This document shows positions 1 to 12,699 of a stretch of DNA of 64,000 bases, piece by piece. How positions within the stretch are numbered: position 1 is the stretch's first letter; every line of letters starts with the position of its first letter. The DNA is from Octopus sinensis. Its lineage: Eukaryota. The stretch spans positions 167,524,001 through 167,588,000 of the forward strand of contig NC_042997.1 in the NCBI RefSeq assembly GCF_006345805.1, written 5' to 3'. Under the pieces are notes generated by a model. That model had not been told where the DNA came from. It made no database searches and saw only the letters and a list, made by a program, of their open reading frames with translations. The translations under genes were made by a program, and so were the position numbers.

Positions 1-1025
1 ATCGATAGGAAGTTGGAACAAAGAGCCAACGTGAAAATTTGCGTTAAACTTGGGAAATCTGGTGCAGAGATATTGAGCGTGCTCCGGCAAGCTTACAGCC
101 ACTAGCAATGGGTCGTGCTCTATGTTTCGAGTGACACGAGCGCTTCAAAAGCGGAAGGACGTCCCTGGAAGACGATTTGCGATCTGGAAGACCTATCACC
201 AGCGTCACACTCGGGAATGTGGAGAAAATTTATCAACTTCTGCATGAGGATCGTCGGAATACAATCAACGACATTGCTGATGCTGTTGATCTATTGTATG
301 GGTCCATGCAGGCAATCCTAACGTCTGAATTGAACATGCGGCATGTCTCTATTAAGTTTGTTCCCCGCCTGCTGACCATTGAGCAGAAAGAACATCGAGT
401 CGAAGTCTGTCAAGATCTCCGTCAGCGTGCCGCTGGTAACCCATCCTTCATGTCGAGGATCATCACCGGTGACGAGAGTTGGGTCTACGGGTACGACCTT
501 GAAATGAAGAAACAGTGGACACAATAGAAGAGCCCTTCATCCCCACGACCGAAGAAGGCACTACGGAGCCGCAGCTCAATCAAGAACATGCTCATCGTTT
601 ATTGGGGGAGGGGTTGACGTCCACGGTATTGTGCGTCGAGAATTCGTCCCCACTACGGCCAAACAGTCGATCGAGAGTTCTACTGCGACGTTTTGAAGCG
701 TTTGAGAGAGGACATTAGATGAAAGCGACAGGATTTGTGGAGCGCGAAGAATTATATTCTTCACAATAACAAGGCATCCAATCACCGAACTCTCGTCACT
801 CGTGTGTTTCTCACCAAAAACAACATGGTGTCGCTTGTGCATCTGCCCTATTCGCCAGATTTAACACCTGCGGACTTCTATCTCTTCCCCAAGAGGAAAA
901 AGCAGCTCAAAGGTCGCCGTTTTTACACCGTTGCCGAGATCCAGAGCGAATCCAGGCCGGATTCCAAAAGTGGCAGGAACGCTGGAACCAGTGTATTGCT
1001 GCGCAAGGTGACTATTTCGAAGTAG
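1..1025 (+). mobile_element. Decayed mariner (DD34D-type) transposase
   Basis: Frame-shifted pieces read DRKLEQRANVKICVKLGKS (N-terminus), KFVPRLL (WVPHEL-like motif), IITGDESWVYGYD (first catalytic D) and HLPYSPDLTPADFYLFP (YSPDLAP motif). Stops and frameshifts are present. Confidence 0.92.
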
Positions 1026-1053
1026 ATGATGTTAAAACATAGGTAAATTTTTC

Positions 1054-1185
1054 AGGAGAGGATGTATTGCCGAATGCAAATAGTTCATGAAAACATGGGT
1101 GAGGGGAAGGTCCCAGATGGAAGCCAATAACAGAACTGCTCTGAAATGGAATTGGCAGGACTTCTACCAAAGGTATTGTCCGTTC
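1054..1185 (+). repeat. Fragment of the element at 2176-2658, in inverted orientation
   Basis: About 132 bp is the near-exact reverse complement of 2332-2463. Confidence 0.85.
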
Positions 1186-1594
1186 CTATCACCCCATATC
1201 TCCTTTACAAAACAGAGTCGCGCACATGTTGCCTGTCTCGTTTCTCTATTTGTTTCTTTCGTTGTTCGAAAAAGAGTTCATCTTCCATGTTTTTCATTTT
1301 TATGTTCTCGTTTCTCATTTTGTTCACGTATTTTTTTTTGACGTCATGTACCCAAATATGCCTGTATGCATACATATATATGTAGGCATGTACATGTATG
1401 TCTGCATATATGCATATATATATATTATTTATATTATTATATGATCGAACGCCACGCATCCATTTCCAAGTAAGTTTTATCTTAATAATTCCTATACACA
1501 CTCTACAACCTATCTCTCTGCGATCTCCCTCTCTTCTTCCTTTGTTTTTCTCTCTCACTCTTTCTCTAATCCTTCTCCTCTCTCCTTCACCGTT

Positions 1595-1595
<1 letters not shown>

Positions 1596-1645
<50 letters not shown>

Positions 1646-1734
1646 CTCTCTCTGTTAGACAATATCGACGAGCACAGGGGAGGTAACTCATTGTTAAAGA
1701 GTTGCTTTCCCTATTGTCTTTGACAGCTCTACCC

Positions 1735-1778
<44 letters not shown>

Positions 1779-1826
1779 GTCTATCTATCTATCTATCTAT
1801 CTATCCATCTATCTATCTATCTATCC

Positions 1827-1866
<40 letters not shown>
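1596..1866. repeat. (CT)n and (CTAT)n microsatellites
   Basis: Directly visible tandem arrays. Confidence 0.95.
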
Positions 1867-2175
1867 GATCGTGTAAAATTAATTTTGCTAGTTTTTTTTT
1901 GTGTGTATTTTTTTATTGTTTCTTCTAAAATTATGCCGACTTCACTAGCTTAAATCATTAACTAGCTTATTTCTCTAATGACATAAGAGAAACACTTTTT
2001 ACTTAACGAACGTAGCGTTATTCTGACTGGATTTTAAAATATACAAATATAAATGTTATATCACGTGGAAACTACCAACATAACTGAAACTACCAACAAA
2101 AAAACTGACGAAACCAGCACTACAGTACTAGTTAACTAATCGATCTTCCCAAAGCACTGAGAGGCATTTTTTCAT

Positions 2176-2658
2176 TTAAGCGTGACAGCTTAAATATGAT
2201 TTACTTTCGTTTTTACCGTAAATATGGTTTAGAATATTTCCCTACATGGCCTTCTACATTGCCAAATAATACCATCGCTGATTTTTTTATCTTTCACCAA
2301 ATACATTGCTAAACCACATGACAATACCTTTGAACGGACAATACCATTGGTAGAAGTCCTGCCAATCCCATTCCAGAGCAGTTCTGTTATTGGATTCCAT
2401 CTGGGACCTTCCCCTCACCCATATTTTCATGAACTATTTGCATTTGGCAATACATCCTCTCCTTATGTTCCTTACGCAAGAGCCCATGTCGTCTGCACCA
2501 GTCAGTTGCTTTTTCATTGTCCATTAAATTAATAATCAAATCCGAATAATTTATGCAACTCACTGATGGAAAATTCATATTGAAATTGTAAATGTTAAAA
2601 CACTAAATATAAACAACATGAAACTAAAACTAAATCATATTTAAGCTGTCACGCTTAA
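2176..2658 (-). mobile_element. Non-autonomous DNA transposon with perfect 28-bp terminal inverted repeats and a remnant transposase N-terminus (Merlin/IS1595-like zinc ribbon suspected)
   Basis: TTAAGCGTGACAGCTTAAATATGATTTA (2176-2203) is the exact reverse complement of 2631-2658. Minus-strand peptides include DNEKATDWCRRHGLL and KISDGIIWQCRRPCR. Confidence 0.65.
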
Positions 2659-3012
2659 GCGATGGACAAAATCTGCCAGAAAATGTGATCGAAAATAATG
2701 TAAACAAACCGTTGCCGCCATCATTAAATTCTCGTGTGTCTCCAAAAGTAGAGTGGAAGGGGATAACTGTGGAATGTATTCAACTTAGAAACATCTTGGA
2801 ACCACAGTTCGTAAAAGACTTTTCTACTTTTACGAAATTATCATTCAGCGACAGGCCATTCTCAACAAGATTAAGGGAAATTCTGCAGTTCTACTGATAT
2901 CGACGATGTTGCTGGACGACACATAGAATCATGTGATGTGAATTACTGGAATATTAATACCCTCATATACACAACTGCTATCACTCTTAAAGAACACCTA
3001 GAAGAAAAATGC

Positions 3013-3425
3013 GGATCTTTTCGGTTTGAACGGCAGTTTTTAACATAATTTCTAGGTAACTAAAAAAATTTTAACTTCGTATACTGGTAGAATGTGTTTA
3101 TAAAACATCTTTTTCTCTTGGCTTTATTGAGAAAATTCTATAGTTCGTAAGGTATTTGTTGTTTTTTTCTTCAATTTCTGCAATTTCAACCAATCAATTA
3201 CGTCTATTGAGTTAAAAAACATTGTGCCGTATAAATATGTCCCTCGTTTAAGAAACACATTGGGCTTATTTACATTTGTGAAGAAAAGAAGATACCCTTC
3301 CCCCACCCCTAACCCCAACCCTAAAACAGATAGAAATGCAATAGATCAATACTAAGGTCATAATTATGGGTGACAATTTCATATGACACCGCTAGAAAAA
3401 ACTGCCGTTCAAACCGAAAAGATCC
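3013..3425. mobile_element. MITE, 413 bp, 29-bp TIR, 8-bp TSD (Merlin-like GG..CC termini)
   Basis: TIR GGATCTTTTCGGTTTGAACGGCAGTTTTT and its reverse complement; AAAAATGC duplicated at 3005-3012 and 3426-3433. Confidence 0.9.
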
Positions 3426-3541
3426 AAAAATGCGGCCATACTGAAAGGAAGCAACAGAGAAAACAAAACTTGAAGAAACATCAAAAATCTGCGCCGCCAA
3501 TTTGGATGGACGATACTAAAACGTAGGGAGAAAAATGAGTA

Positions 3542-4052
3542 CCGCAAATTCTCCGTATAGTCCGTCCTTGAGTATAATACGCAGGGGATTTTTAGTGGGC
3601 TGTACCTCTGAAAAACCTAAACCTTGTGTATAATACGCACCCCTTCTCTAACTTGAGTCAAGGAGGTCTATATAACATCCTTGGTTTGTAAAAATGTATA
3701 CGGTAACGTCCTTTATTATTATTGTATATATAACATAATGCAAATGTGTAGCTTTTTTGTGTATTTTGTTTGCAGAAAATAAAGAAATAACAGTAATAAC
3801 GTTTAATAAATGTTACTTATTGCAAGTTATGGATGATTCTTTTATGACTTCATTGCTTTCAGGCTTAGCTTAAGCTATTTTCGCGTCCGACATCACAAAA
3901 TGCGTCTGAATAAAAATTGCCGGACAGCAAATAGAGACTCGGACATTGCTTAGAAGATATTTTTCATTTTTAACCTCCTATATAGTACGCACTAGGGATT
4001 TTGACCTTTAAATTTTGGGGAATAAATGCGGATTATACTCGAGGATTTACAG
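3542..4052. mobile_element. Tc1/mariner-pogo-type MITE, copy 1
   Basis: TA flanks, ends CCGCAAATTCTC..GTATA and TATACTCGAGGATTTACAG; inverted copy at 5738-6238. Confidence 0.8.
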
Positions 4053-4149
4053 TATACACCTCACCAATTACATCTTATGCATGAATTAACAAAACTCGAT
4101 GATGACTCTTCATACCAAGCTCTTGAGCGAAAGCTAATTACTGTAAAGC

Positions 4150-4405
4150 ACGGATCCGGGATGCTGAGCGAAAAGCTCCGCCACCGCAGGTAAAATTTTG
4201 AACAAGCCCTTTTAAATCAAGTTTGCTACCAACCCACAAGCATTACACTGAGAGATGAAGAAGGAAAACATTATTGTTATGAAAACTCCCTCTCAAGAAG
4301 ATCTTGAATCATTCTGGTCTAAAATCTGGAATGAAAAGGAGGATTTCTATCTTAATGACACCGACAATAAAATATACCGCATTGACATACCCTAAGAAGA
4401 CCTGG
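4150..4405 (+). mobile_element. R4/Dong-like LINE ORF fragment
   Basis: Peptide PSQEDLESFWSKIWNEKE and upstream FATNPQALH resemble the pre-RT region of R4/Dong elements. Confidence 0.55.
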
Positions 4406-4642
4406 ATGTGAAACGCCCGGATGCGTGCGTTCGTGTGTATACATATGTACATATGTATTTGTGTACAACAACTGTATGCATGCATGAATCGATATATACG
4501 CATGCGTGTGTGATGTATGTATTTATGTATGTATGTATGTATGTATGTATGTATGTATGTATGTATGTATCGGTCTGCTCGCCGAGCCATCGGGGTGGTA
4601 TCATTCAAAAGATACAACAATGCGAGAAAGCGCATTGCGACC

Positions 4643-4705
<63 letters not shown>

Positions 4706-4739
4706 ATATATATAATATATATATATATATCCTACAGTA

Positions 4740-5120
4740 GAGGCGCAATGGCCCAGTGGTTAGTGTAGCGGACTCACGGTCATAGGATCGGTTTTTCGAT
4801 TCCCTGATCGAGTGTTGTGAGTGTTTATTGAGCGAAAACACCTAAAGCTCCACGAGGCTCCGGCAGTGGAAGGAATGGCAAACCCTGCTGTACTCTTTCA
4901 CCACAACTTTCTCTCACTCTTTCTTCCTGTGTCTGTTGTACCTGTATTTCAAAGGGCTAGCCTTGTCCCACTCTGTGTCACGCTGAATCTCCCCGAGAAC
5001 TACGTTAAGGGGTACACGTGTCTGTGGAGTGCTCAGCCACTTGCACGTTAATTGCACGAGCAGGCTTTTCCGTTGATCGGATCAACTGGAACCCTCGTCG
5101 TCGTAACTGACGGAGTGCCA
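4740..5120 (+). mobile_element. tRNA-derived SINE (octopus OR/OK-type family)
   Basis: tRNA-like head GGCGCAATGGCCCAGTGGTTAG..TCGATTCC with A and B boxes; near-identical copy at 59538-59917. Confidence 0.85.
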
Positions 5121-5737
5121 CGACTATCCTACAATAAAACGTGCTTAATACTGATTGAATTATATTGATGCATTAATATCGATGGGAGAGATAATAAAAT
5201 CGTGAGGTGGCTATGAGGCTTATTTATCTTTGAATCATAAGAGAACGCAATACCCATAAATTTTCACAGGACACCCGAAGATAGTTGAAGGGAGGAAGGT
5301 ATCCTCAAACTGGCGGTCTATTCCAAATGTCTGCAACAAGGTAGACACTGGACTAGACAGTGGTATTAAACCTGACGAAGGATTCAGTCTCGCACCTCAA
5401 TATATTTCTTAGTATTTCTTTATATTGACTACATAATCATAATAAGATCATATATACCACCTGGGGATGCTGAAAAGGGTATCGTGAAACGTCTGGTTGG
5501 AGACCTAACCTTTCGAGTTCTTTTACAGAGCTTGGAAAACCTGAAGGACAGCTGCAATAAGTGTGAATCTGAGAGGAGAATACGTTAAATAAAATCATAA
5601 TTTACTAATCTTCCTATATTTTCTTTTACTCAAAGCATCCCCTCGTATATCTTCCCAAGACATTACATTTTGAATTAGTGAGGCTCATGTATTTGGATGA
5701 GTTTGTAAAAATGTGAAGAGAAGAGAAATTTCGAATA

Positions 5738-6238
5738 CCGTAAATCCCTGAGTATAATTGGGATTTTTTTCCTAAAATTTAAAGGTCAAAATCCCTAGTG
5801 CGTACTATATACGAAGTTAAAAATGAAAATTATTTTCTAAGCAATGTCCGAGTCTCTATTTGCTGTCTGGCTATGTTTATTCAGACGCATTTTGTGATGT
5901 CGGACGCGAAAATACCTTAAGCTAAGCCTGAAAGCAATGAAGTCATAAAAGAATCATCCATAACTTGCAGTAAGCAACATTTATTAAACGTTATTACTGT
6001 TATTTCTTTATTTTCTGCAAACAAAATGCACAGAAAAGCTACACGTTTGCATTATATATACAATAATAATAAAGGACGTTACTGTATACATTTTTACAAA
6101 CCAAGGACGTTATATAGACCTCCTTGAGTGAAGTTAGAGAAAGGGTGCGTATTATACACGAGGTTTAGGTTTTTCAGAGGTACAGCCCACTAAAAATCCC
6201 CTGCGTATTATACTCAAGGACGGACTATACTCGAGGAC
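5738..6238. mobile_element. Tc1/mariner-pogo-type MITE, copy 2 (inverted relative to copy 1)
   Basis: TA|CCGTAAATCC start; ~500 bp is the reverse complement of 3542-4052; distal TIR eroded. Confidence 0.8.
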
Positions 6239-6540
6239 TATAACATAAGGACTTTTCTAAACTCACAAACTTCACTAACGGTGAGTAACATCATCATTTT
6301 CCATGGTTTCTACCGTTTCCTGTTTAATTAAATGTTTCGATTAATTGCAGTTCAATTGTAGCTTCAACAGCGATAAACCTAATATATATGTATATGCAGT
6401 GAACCTTATAGATATGTACGAGTATAAGCAGGGAATTGCGTTAAAACTGTGAATTGCAGTTGAACTGAGAGTAATCTCCCTTGCATTATTGTAGTCTCCA
6501 TTTTAATCGCACAAGTTACTTCCCTTTGACTATAACCTTA

Positions 6541-6702
6541 TTAGATTCACTTCAACATTTTACTTTCATTTGCCAAAATATTTTCGTCGCTTTGAGACCG
6601 CGACTCGTTCACTGACAGCACGGAATTTTGTCGGTGAACAGGTCAACGAAAAGCGACGAAAATATTTTGGCAAATTAAATTTAAATGTTGAAGTGAATCT
6701 AA
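6541..6702. repeat. 162-bp nested palindrome (long hairpin)
   Basis: Perfect arm pairs 6541-6560/6683-6702 (20 bp) and 6569-6593/6650-6674 (25 bp), plus inner stem 6607-6617/6629-6639. Confidence 0.9.
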
Positions 6703-7747
6703 CGGTTTTTTGTGTTTTTCTTAAATGGCTTATAAACACCTTCTACGCTGTAATTGTTTTCGTTCCAGCACACGATCTCAGATCAAGTCACTTGCTATGC
6801 AAGTACATCTCCGTAATACAACTTTATTCTTTGATTTAAAATTAATCAACTTCTCCAAATAAAATTTTTAAACATTGTAATGGATCTCAACTGTTAGTAG
6901 CATAATATATTCTCGATTTCATTTATCACTACATACATTATTATGTTCCTGCTACATATTTCGAGTTGTAGGTTTTCTAGAAAATTATACAAAGAAATTT
7001 ATTCTTTCCGGTGTACTGTGCTTGTGGTTAATCCCAGATTATATCTGATCATACAGACTGAATCAAAGGCGTTCCAGCTGTGATCATTCTGTATTTATCA
7101 CTTGTCAGGACCTTTTTCAACAGATTCTTCATAATCTAAGACAGTTGGCTGTAAAGGGCGTAAATTTAAGAGAATTTTTTTTTCTATTTTATGTAAGATG
7201 AATGATTTCGTAGAGATTCACTCGTTATGCTATGTTGTACATTGATGAGTTATACTTTTAAACTTCAATTTTTAAAACCTTTGTCTGCATTATAATTTGA
7301 GAGTATTTTCCCACAATATGGAGCACCATTTAATTAAAGACTCTATGTTCGAAAAGATGGCTTCTAATGATACATTTCTAATATTTATACAAGAGAACAA
7401 ATTGAATGAGAGTGTGTAGTTGATTGTATACACTTTAAGTGCTCGATTGTTGATAATTTTATCGACCGGAGGTAAAATCCACGTCAGCAAGACTTAAACC
7501 CAGAATGTAAAGAACCAAAATTAGGAGTCATAACGCACTTTATCCAACGCCCTATCAATTCTGGCAAGCAACTTATTGAATTGTCATAGGGTCAAGAACT
7601 TCGATGTACAAATAGTGATACACGACCATTTAACTATTCAAATATGAGTGCATCGCACCTTATAGCAGAAACAGTTGTAAGCTAATGAAGTGCAGTGCAT
7701 AATTTCTTCTTCTATTGTCATTTCTTTAATCTCTATTATATATATAT

Positions 7748-8138
7748 TACTCTCTTTTACTATTTTACATGTTTCAGTCATGACTGCGGCCATGCTGGAG
7801 CAGCGCCTTTAATCGAGCGACTCGACCCGGGACTTATTCTTTTGTAAGCCCAGTACTTATTCTATCGGTCTCTTTTGCCGAACCGCTAAGTAAACACACC
7901 AGCATCGGTTGTCAAGCAATGTTAGGGGGACAAACACAGACACACAAACACACACACACATATATATATATATACATATATACGACGGGGTTCTTTCAGT
8001 TTCCGTCTACCAAATCCACTCACAAGGCTTTAGTCGGCCCGAGGCTATAGTAGAAGACACTTGCCCAAGGTGCCGCGCAGTGGGAATGAACCCGGAACCA
8101 TGTGGTTCGTAAACAAGCTACTTACCACACAGCCACTT
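7748..8138 (-). mobile_element. tRNA-derived SINE with CORE-like CCTTGGGCAAG block and internal TA/TG microsatellite
   Basis: Reverse complement of the family at 29439-29850; (GAGTAAAA)-type tail. Confidence 0.88.
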
Positions 8139-8139
8139 C

Positions 8140-8406
8140 TATATATTATATATATATACACACACATACATATATATATGTGTGTGCGTGTGTATGTGTG
8201 TGTGAGTATGATTATATACACGCATGAACACACAATCATTCGTACATACATACATACATATGTACATGCATATATATGTGTGCTTGTGTATGTGTGTGTA
8301 TGCATATATACATGCAGGCACGCACAATCATTCATACATACATATATGTATATGTATATACATATATATATACACATATATGTATGTATATATATATACA
8401 TATATG

Positions 8407-8440
<34 letters not shown>

Positions 8441-8441
8441 A

Positions 8442-8476
<35 letters not shown>

Positions 8477-8481
8477 CGTGT

Positions 8482-8560
<79 letters not shown>
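8140..8560. repeat. Compound TA/TG microsatellite
   Basis: Directly visible. Confidence 0.95.
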
Positions 8561-8561
<1 letters not shown>

Positions 8562-8563
<2 letters not shown>

Positions 8564-8702
8564 GAGTCCGCCAAAAAGATGTATTAATACCTCTTTCGAT
8601 GTTTTATCAAATTGCGATAACACAGAAAAACTGCAATAAGATTATATTAAAATATCCATACAGATTTCTCCTTTCCTGAAGTGTGGATTCATTTTTTGCG
8701 GA

Positions 8703-8707
<5 letters not shown>
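8562..8707. mobile_element. Small MITE-like element
   Basis: Imperfect TIR AGAGTCCGC(C)AAAAA.ATG and CATTTTTTGCGGACTCT. Confidence 0.5.
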
Positions 8708-8760
<53 letters not shown>

Positions 8761-8764
8761 TATA

Positions 8765-8950
8765 TATCTTCTTTTTTATCTTTTACTTGTTTCAGTTATA
8801 AGAATGGGACCATGTTGGTGCTCAGCCTTGAAGCGTTTTAGTCGAACAAATCGACCCCAGGATTATTTGTTAAAGCCTAGTACATATTCTGTCTGTCTCT
8901 TTCACCGAACCGCTAGTTTAGAGAGACGTAAATACACCAAAACCGGTTGT
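8765..8950 (-). mobile_element. Partial CORE-like SINE (3' half)
   Basis: Matches the tail half of 7748-8138. Confidence 0.8.
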
Positions 8951-9244
8951 CAACACTCACGTATACACACACACACACAATCATACGTGTGTGTGTGTGT
9001 GTGCGTGCGTACACGCAAACGTTAGACAATTGTATACTGAGCTTTTTGGTGTTTTAGATGAAAAATAGCTCAGCAACTGCATGTACATACATACATGCAT
9101 GCATGCACACACGCACGCATGCACACACAAACATACATACATACATGTACATGTAATCATTAACGAATGGGTACAAAAGTACACTATTTAGGGTGGTTTG
9201 CTATTCTGGAACTTTGTTGATGCAGTATACCTACCCGCAGACAA

Positions 9245-9600
9245 CACACACACACATACATACATACATACATACATACATACATACATACATACATACA
9301 TACATACTACATACATATATATATATATATATATACATAATTATACATACATACAAACAAGCATGCATACATACATCCATACATAAATACATACATACAG
9401 AAATACATACACACATACATACATACATACATACATAAATACATACATACATACATACATACATAAATACATACATACACACATACATACATACATACAT
9501 ACATACATACATACATACATACATACACAGCATATACTCATACGTGTGTACACACATACGTACAATATCCAGATCAACACACACACACACACACACACAC
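9245..9600. repeat. (CATA)n/(CA)n microsatellite
   Basis: Directly visible. Confidence 0.95.
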
Positions 9601-10026
9601 TCCAGTGCCTGTTGTTGTTACTTTTCTGCATAATGGCTTCATGTTAGTTAATTTGACCACAGCAATCTTCGTCGTTTAAAGACTTGCCTTTTCTCTTCAG
9701 CAACTCTGACAGATTCCGCTGAAGATTGCTGAGTCATAGTTAAAAGTTTTAGTAATAACAATGCCAGCCTCGTTAAAACACCAACAAGAACAACAGCAAC
9801 AGAAACAACAAGGCCTGGCAGCAATAATTGTTTCTAATTTCGCCAGAAAACCTACAATTTCAAGGGTAAGAGTCTTATCAATTACACCGACCTCGGTACT
9901 TGACTGGTACTTTATTTTATTGACGTTGAAAGTCAAGGTTCACCTCAGCAGGATTTGAACTCAGAATGTAGAGTTGGAAGAAATAGTGCAAAGCATTTCA
10001 ACGTTCTATCTAACGATTCTCACACT

Positions 10027-10245
10027 AAGGCGGCGAGCTGGCAGAAACGTTAGCACGCCGGGCGAAATGCTTAGTGGTATTTCGTCTGTTGCTACGCTCT
10101 GAGTTCAAATTCCGCCGAGGTCGACTTTGCCTTTCATCCTTTCGGGGTCGATTAAATAAGTACCAGTTACGCACTGGGGTCGATATAATCGACTTAATCC
10201 GTTTGTCCTCTCTGTGTTTAGCCCCTTGTGGGTAGTAAAGAAATA
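10027..10245 (+). mobile_element. tRNA-derived SINE with Nin/Deu-like domain
   Basis: GTCGACTTTGCCTTTCATCCTTTCGGGGTCGAT..AAGTACCAG block; near-identical copy at 45446-45665. Confidence 0.85.
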
Positions 10246-10685
10246 TATTCTCCTTTAGATGGGCTGCAGGTCGTTACTGAACCATCTAATAAGACTCCCA
10301 AGAAGGCTGTAATTTGGTTGGCAGTAATCACGGATGGAAAACATATACAAGCAAGGTTGTCTTAAAACACTTTTATTTGTGGCCACACGTACACGTCCAA
10401 AGGAATGACAAACAGAATGGTTGGAGTGTAAAGGGCCATGGTCTTCTGTGCCTTGTTCCTATTTGCTTGCGGGCCTGAGGCCTAAGATAGAACCAATCAA
10501 GTAACGCCCTCACAGATGATTGCATGCATGCAGAAAAAGGGAAGAGATGAAATCACGTGTCAGAACCTCAATATTGTGTAGTGCTTCCTCTCTGTATAGC
10601 CAGCTTGTTTACCCTTGTCAAGGGGAGCAACACACTTACACTCCTAATCCAATTCTCGTATTGTTTCTAAAGTAGGTATAAAGGT

Positions 10686-11030
10686 AAAGACTCCCACCCA
10701 CCCGATCATGAATGACTACGGGATTGTACATACAAAGTTACCCTCCAAGGCGCAAGTCCGAGAAAGGTTGTTTATGGAAGACCAGCAGTCGCCCATACAT
10801 ACCAGCCTCCTCTTTCTATGCCACCGATGTTATCCAATGGAAAGGCAAATGGCAATACAGTTTGGCACCAGTGACATCGCAATTCATTTCTACAGCTGAG
10901 TAAACTGGAGCAACATGAAAATGAAACAGTGTCTTGCTCAAGAACACAACACACAGCTCGGTCCGGGGTTCGAACACACTACCTCATGATTGTGAGCCCA
11001 ACTCTCTAGCCACTGAGCCTTGCGCCTTCA
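10686..11030 (-). mobile_element. tRNA-derived SINE, second CORE-like family
   Basis: Minus strand reads GAAGGCGCAAGGCTCAGTGGCTAGAG..GTTCGAACCCCGG then CTTGAGCAAGACAC; the 3' half recurs at 22165-22346. Confidence 0.75.
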
Positions 11031-11059
11031 CAAATTAGGTATATCTGCAATTTAGAGTG

Positions 11060-11690
11060 GGTGGAGATAGTCGACTAAATCGACACCAGTACGTGACTGA
11101 TACTTTATTTTATAAATCCCCATAGTGATGGAAGGCAAAGTTGTCTTCAGATTTGAACTAAAAATTGAAAATATCTTGAGGTAATTTCTCCGATGTTCGA
11201 ATGATTTTACTAATGCATCGCCTTCAAATAATGGTTTCAAATTTTGCCACAAGAGCAGCAATTTGGGGGAAAGGGATGAGTTGATTACATTGACCCCATT
11301 GTTCAACTGGTACTTATTTTATCGATCTCAAAAGGATGAAAGGTAAGGTCAACCTTGGCGGAATTTGAACTCAGAACGTAGCGACGGGCGAAATACCGCT
11401 AAATTTTTCGTCCGGAGCGCTAACGGTCCTGCCATCTCGCCGTCTTCATTGCTTTTAAATAATCCTTTCTACTAGGCACAAAGCCTGATATTTGGGGGCA
11501 GAGGACCGGTCGATTACACTGACCCCAGTGTTTCACTGGCACTTCATTCATTGACCCCGTAAGGATGAAAGGCAAAGTCGACCCAGCGGCATTTGAACTC
11601 AGAAAACGAAGACAGGCGAAATACTACTTAAGCATTTTGCCCGGCATACTGACGATTCTGCCAGTTCGCCACCTTATTGCCTTTGTATAA
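11060..11690 (-). mobile_element. Three adjacent decayed Nin-type SINE copies
   Basis: Repeated TTGACCCC..AAGGATGAAAGG..GTC.ACC..GGC.G.ATTTGAACTCAGAA blocks at about 11080, 11320 and 11550. Confidence 0.75.
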
Positions 11691-11749
11691 TAAAGTAATA
11701 ATTATTATTTCTACTCTAGGCACAAGGCCTTTTTAAAGTAATAATAATG

Positions 11750-12060
11750 ACAAAACCGACGCACCACCATCACCGACAACAGACTGTCACTATCACACAC
11801 ACAAAAGAAAGTCCAACAATAATAATGATGACACAACTAGGACTAATACCACTACTACTACTACTACAACGAAATCAACAAAACTGGCACCAGCAGAAGT
11901 AATACCCTACCACCACTACTACCACTAATACAATGACAATAACAACGAAACACAGCAACAACAACGACACCACCACTACCACCACCTCCACCAAAACAAA
12001 CAACAACAAACCACATCAGTAATAAGGACACCGCTAGCACAACAGCAGCAGCAGACACCA
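11750..12060. repeat. AAC/ACC/ACT low-complexity trinucleotide tract
   Basis: Directly visible. Confidence 0.85.
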
Positions 12061-12699
12061 CGTGATTGACATGAAATTGCTGTGATTTAGTATAAGGTTA
12101 GGTTTAATAACTATACTTAAAGAGGAATCTTCCGTTGGTTGATGGTCAATCTGTCCACTATTGTATTTGTCAAATTAGATTAAATTTACTGCCACCTCCA
12201 CCTACTCTTTCCTACGTACACCAACAAGGAAGCCTCTATGTGGTCGCTTGAAATGCTAGAAATATCAGCAAAATGTCCTGAAAATTGTATTAAGTAAGGT
12301 GAATAGACATTGGATATTGTCCTGAGAACCCCTATAAAATGATATGGTCAAGGTTAGAATACTTTCAGTCATAGTTCTGCTCATTCAGTGCTGATTTAGG
12401 CATAAACAACAACGCCATTCAAGAATTTGGACTTGGAGATCTCCATTTCCAGCGACTTCAAGGGCCACTTCCCAGTGGTGTTGAGCGTCAATGAAGAGCC
12501 CTTGACTACAAGACGACCAAAGTTTTTTTTTTTTCCAAGGTTTGGGGTCTCCCGCCCCCAAGCCCTAGACTATCACCTAATCACCCTTAACCATCTTGTT
12601 GCTTAACAACAACAACAGCACCGTTATACCTACCATCACATTATATCATTATGATTTTACCTTATACTGACCAATCAACCACAAAGTCCAGTCTTTCTC

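Noticed and set aside
4740-4810. tRNA-like cloverleaf heads (also 29439, 59538, 10960-11030)
   Set aside because: They are SINE heads that continue into SINE bodies and lack an intact acceptor stem; not tRNA genes.
5380-5580. CTGACGA and CTGAAGGA hammerhead-like cores, and CTGATGA at about 32873
   Set aside because: GAAA core or stems I/III are missing; at best dead Penelope remnants.
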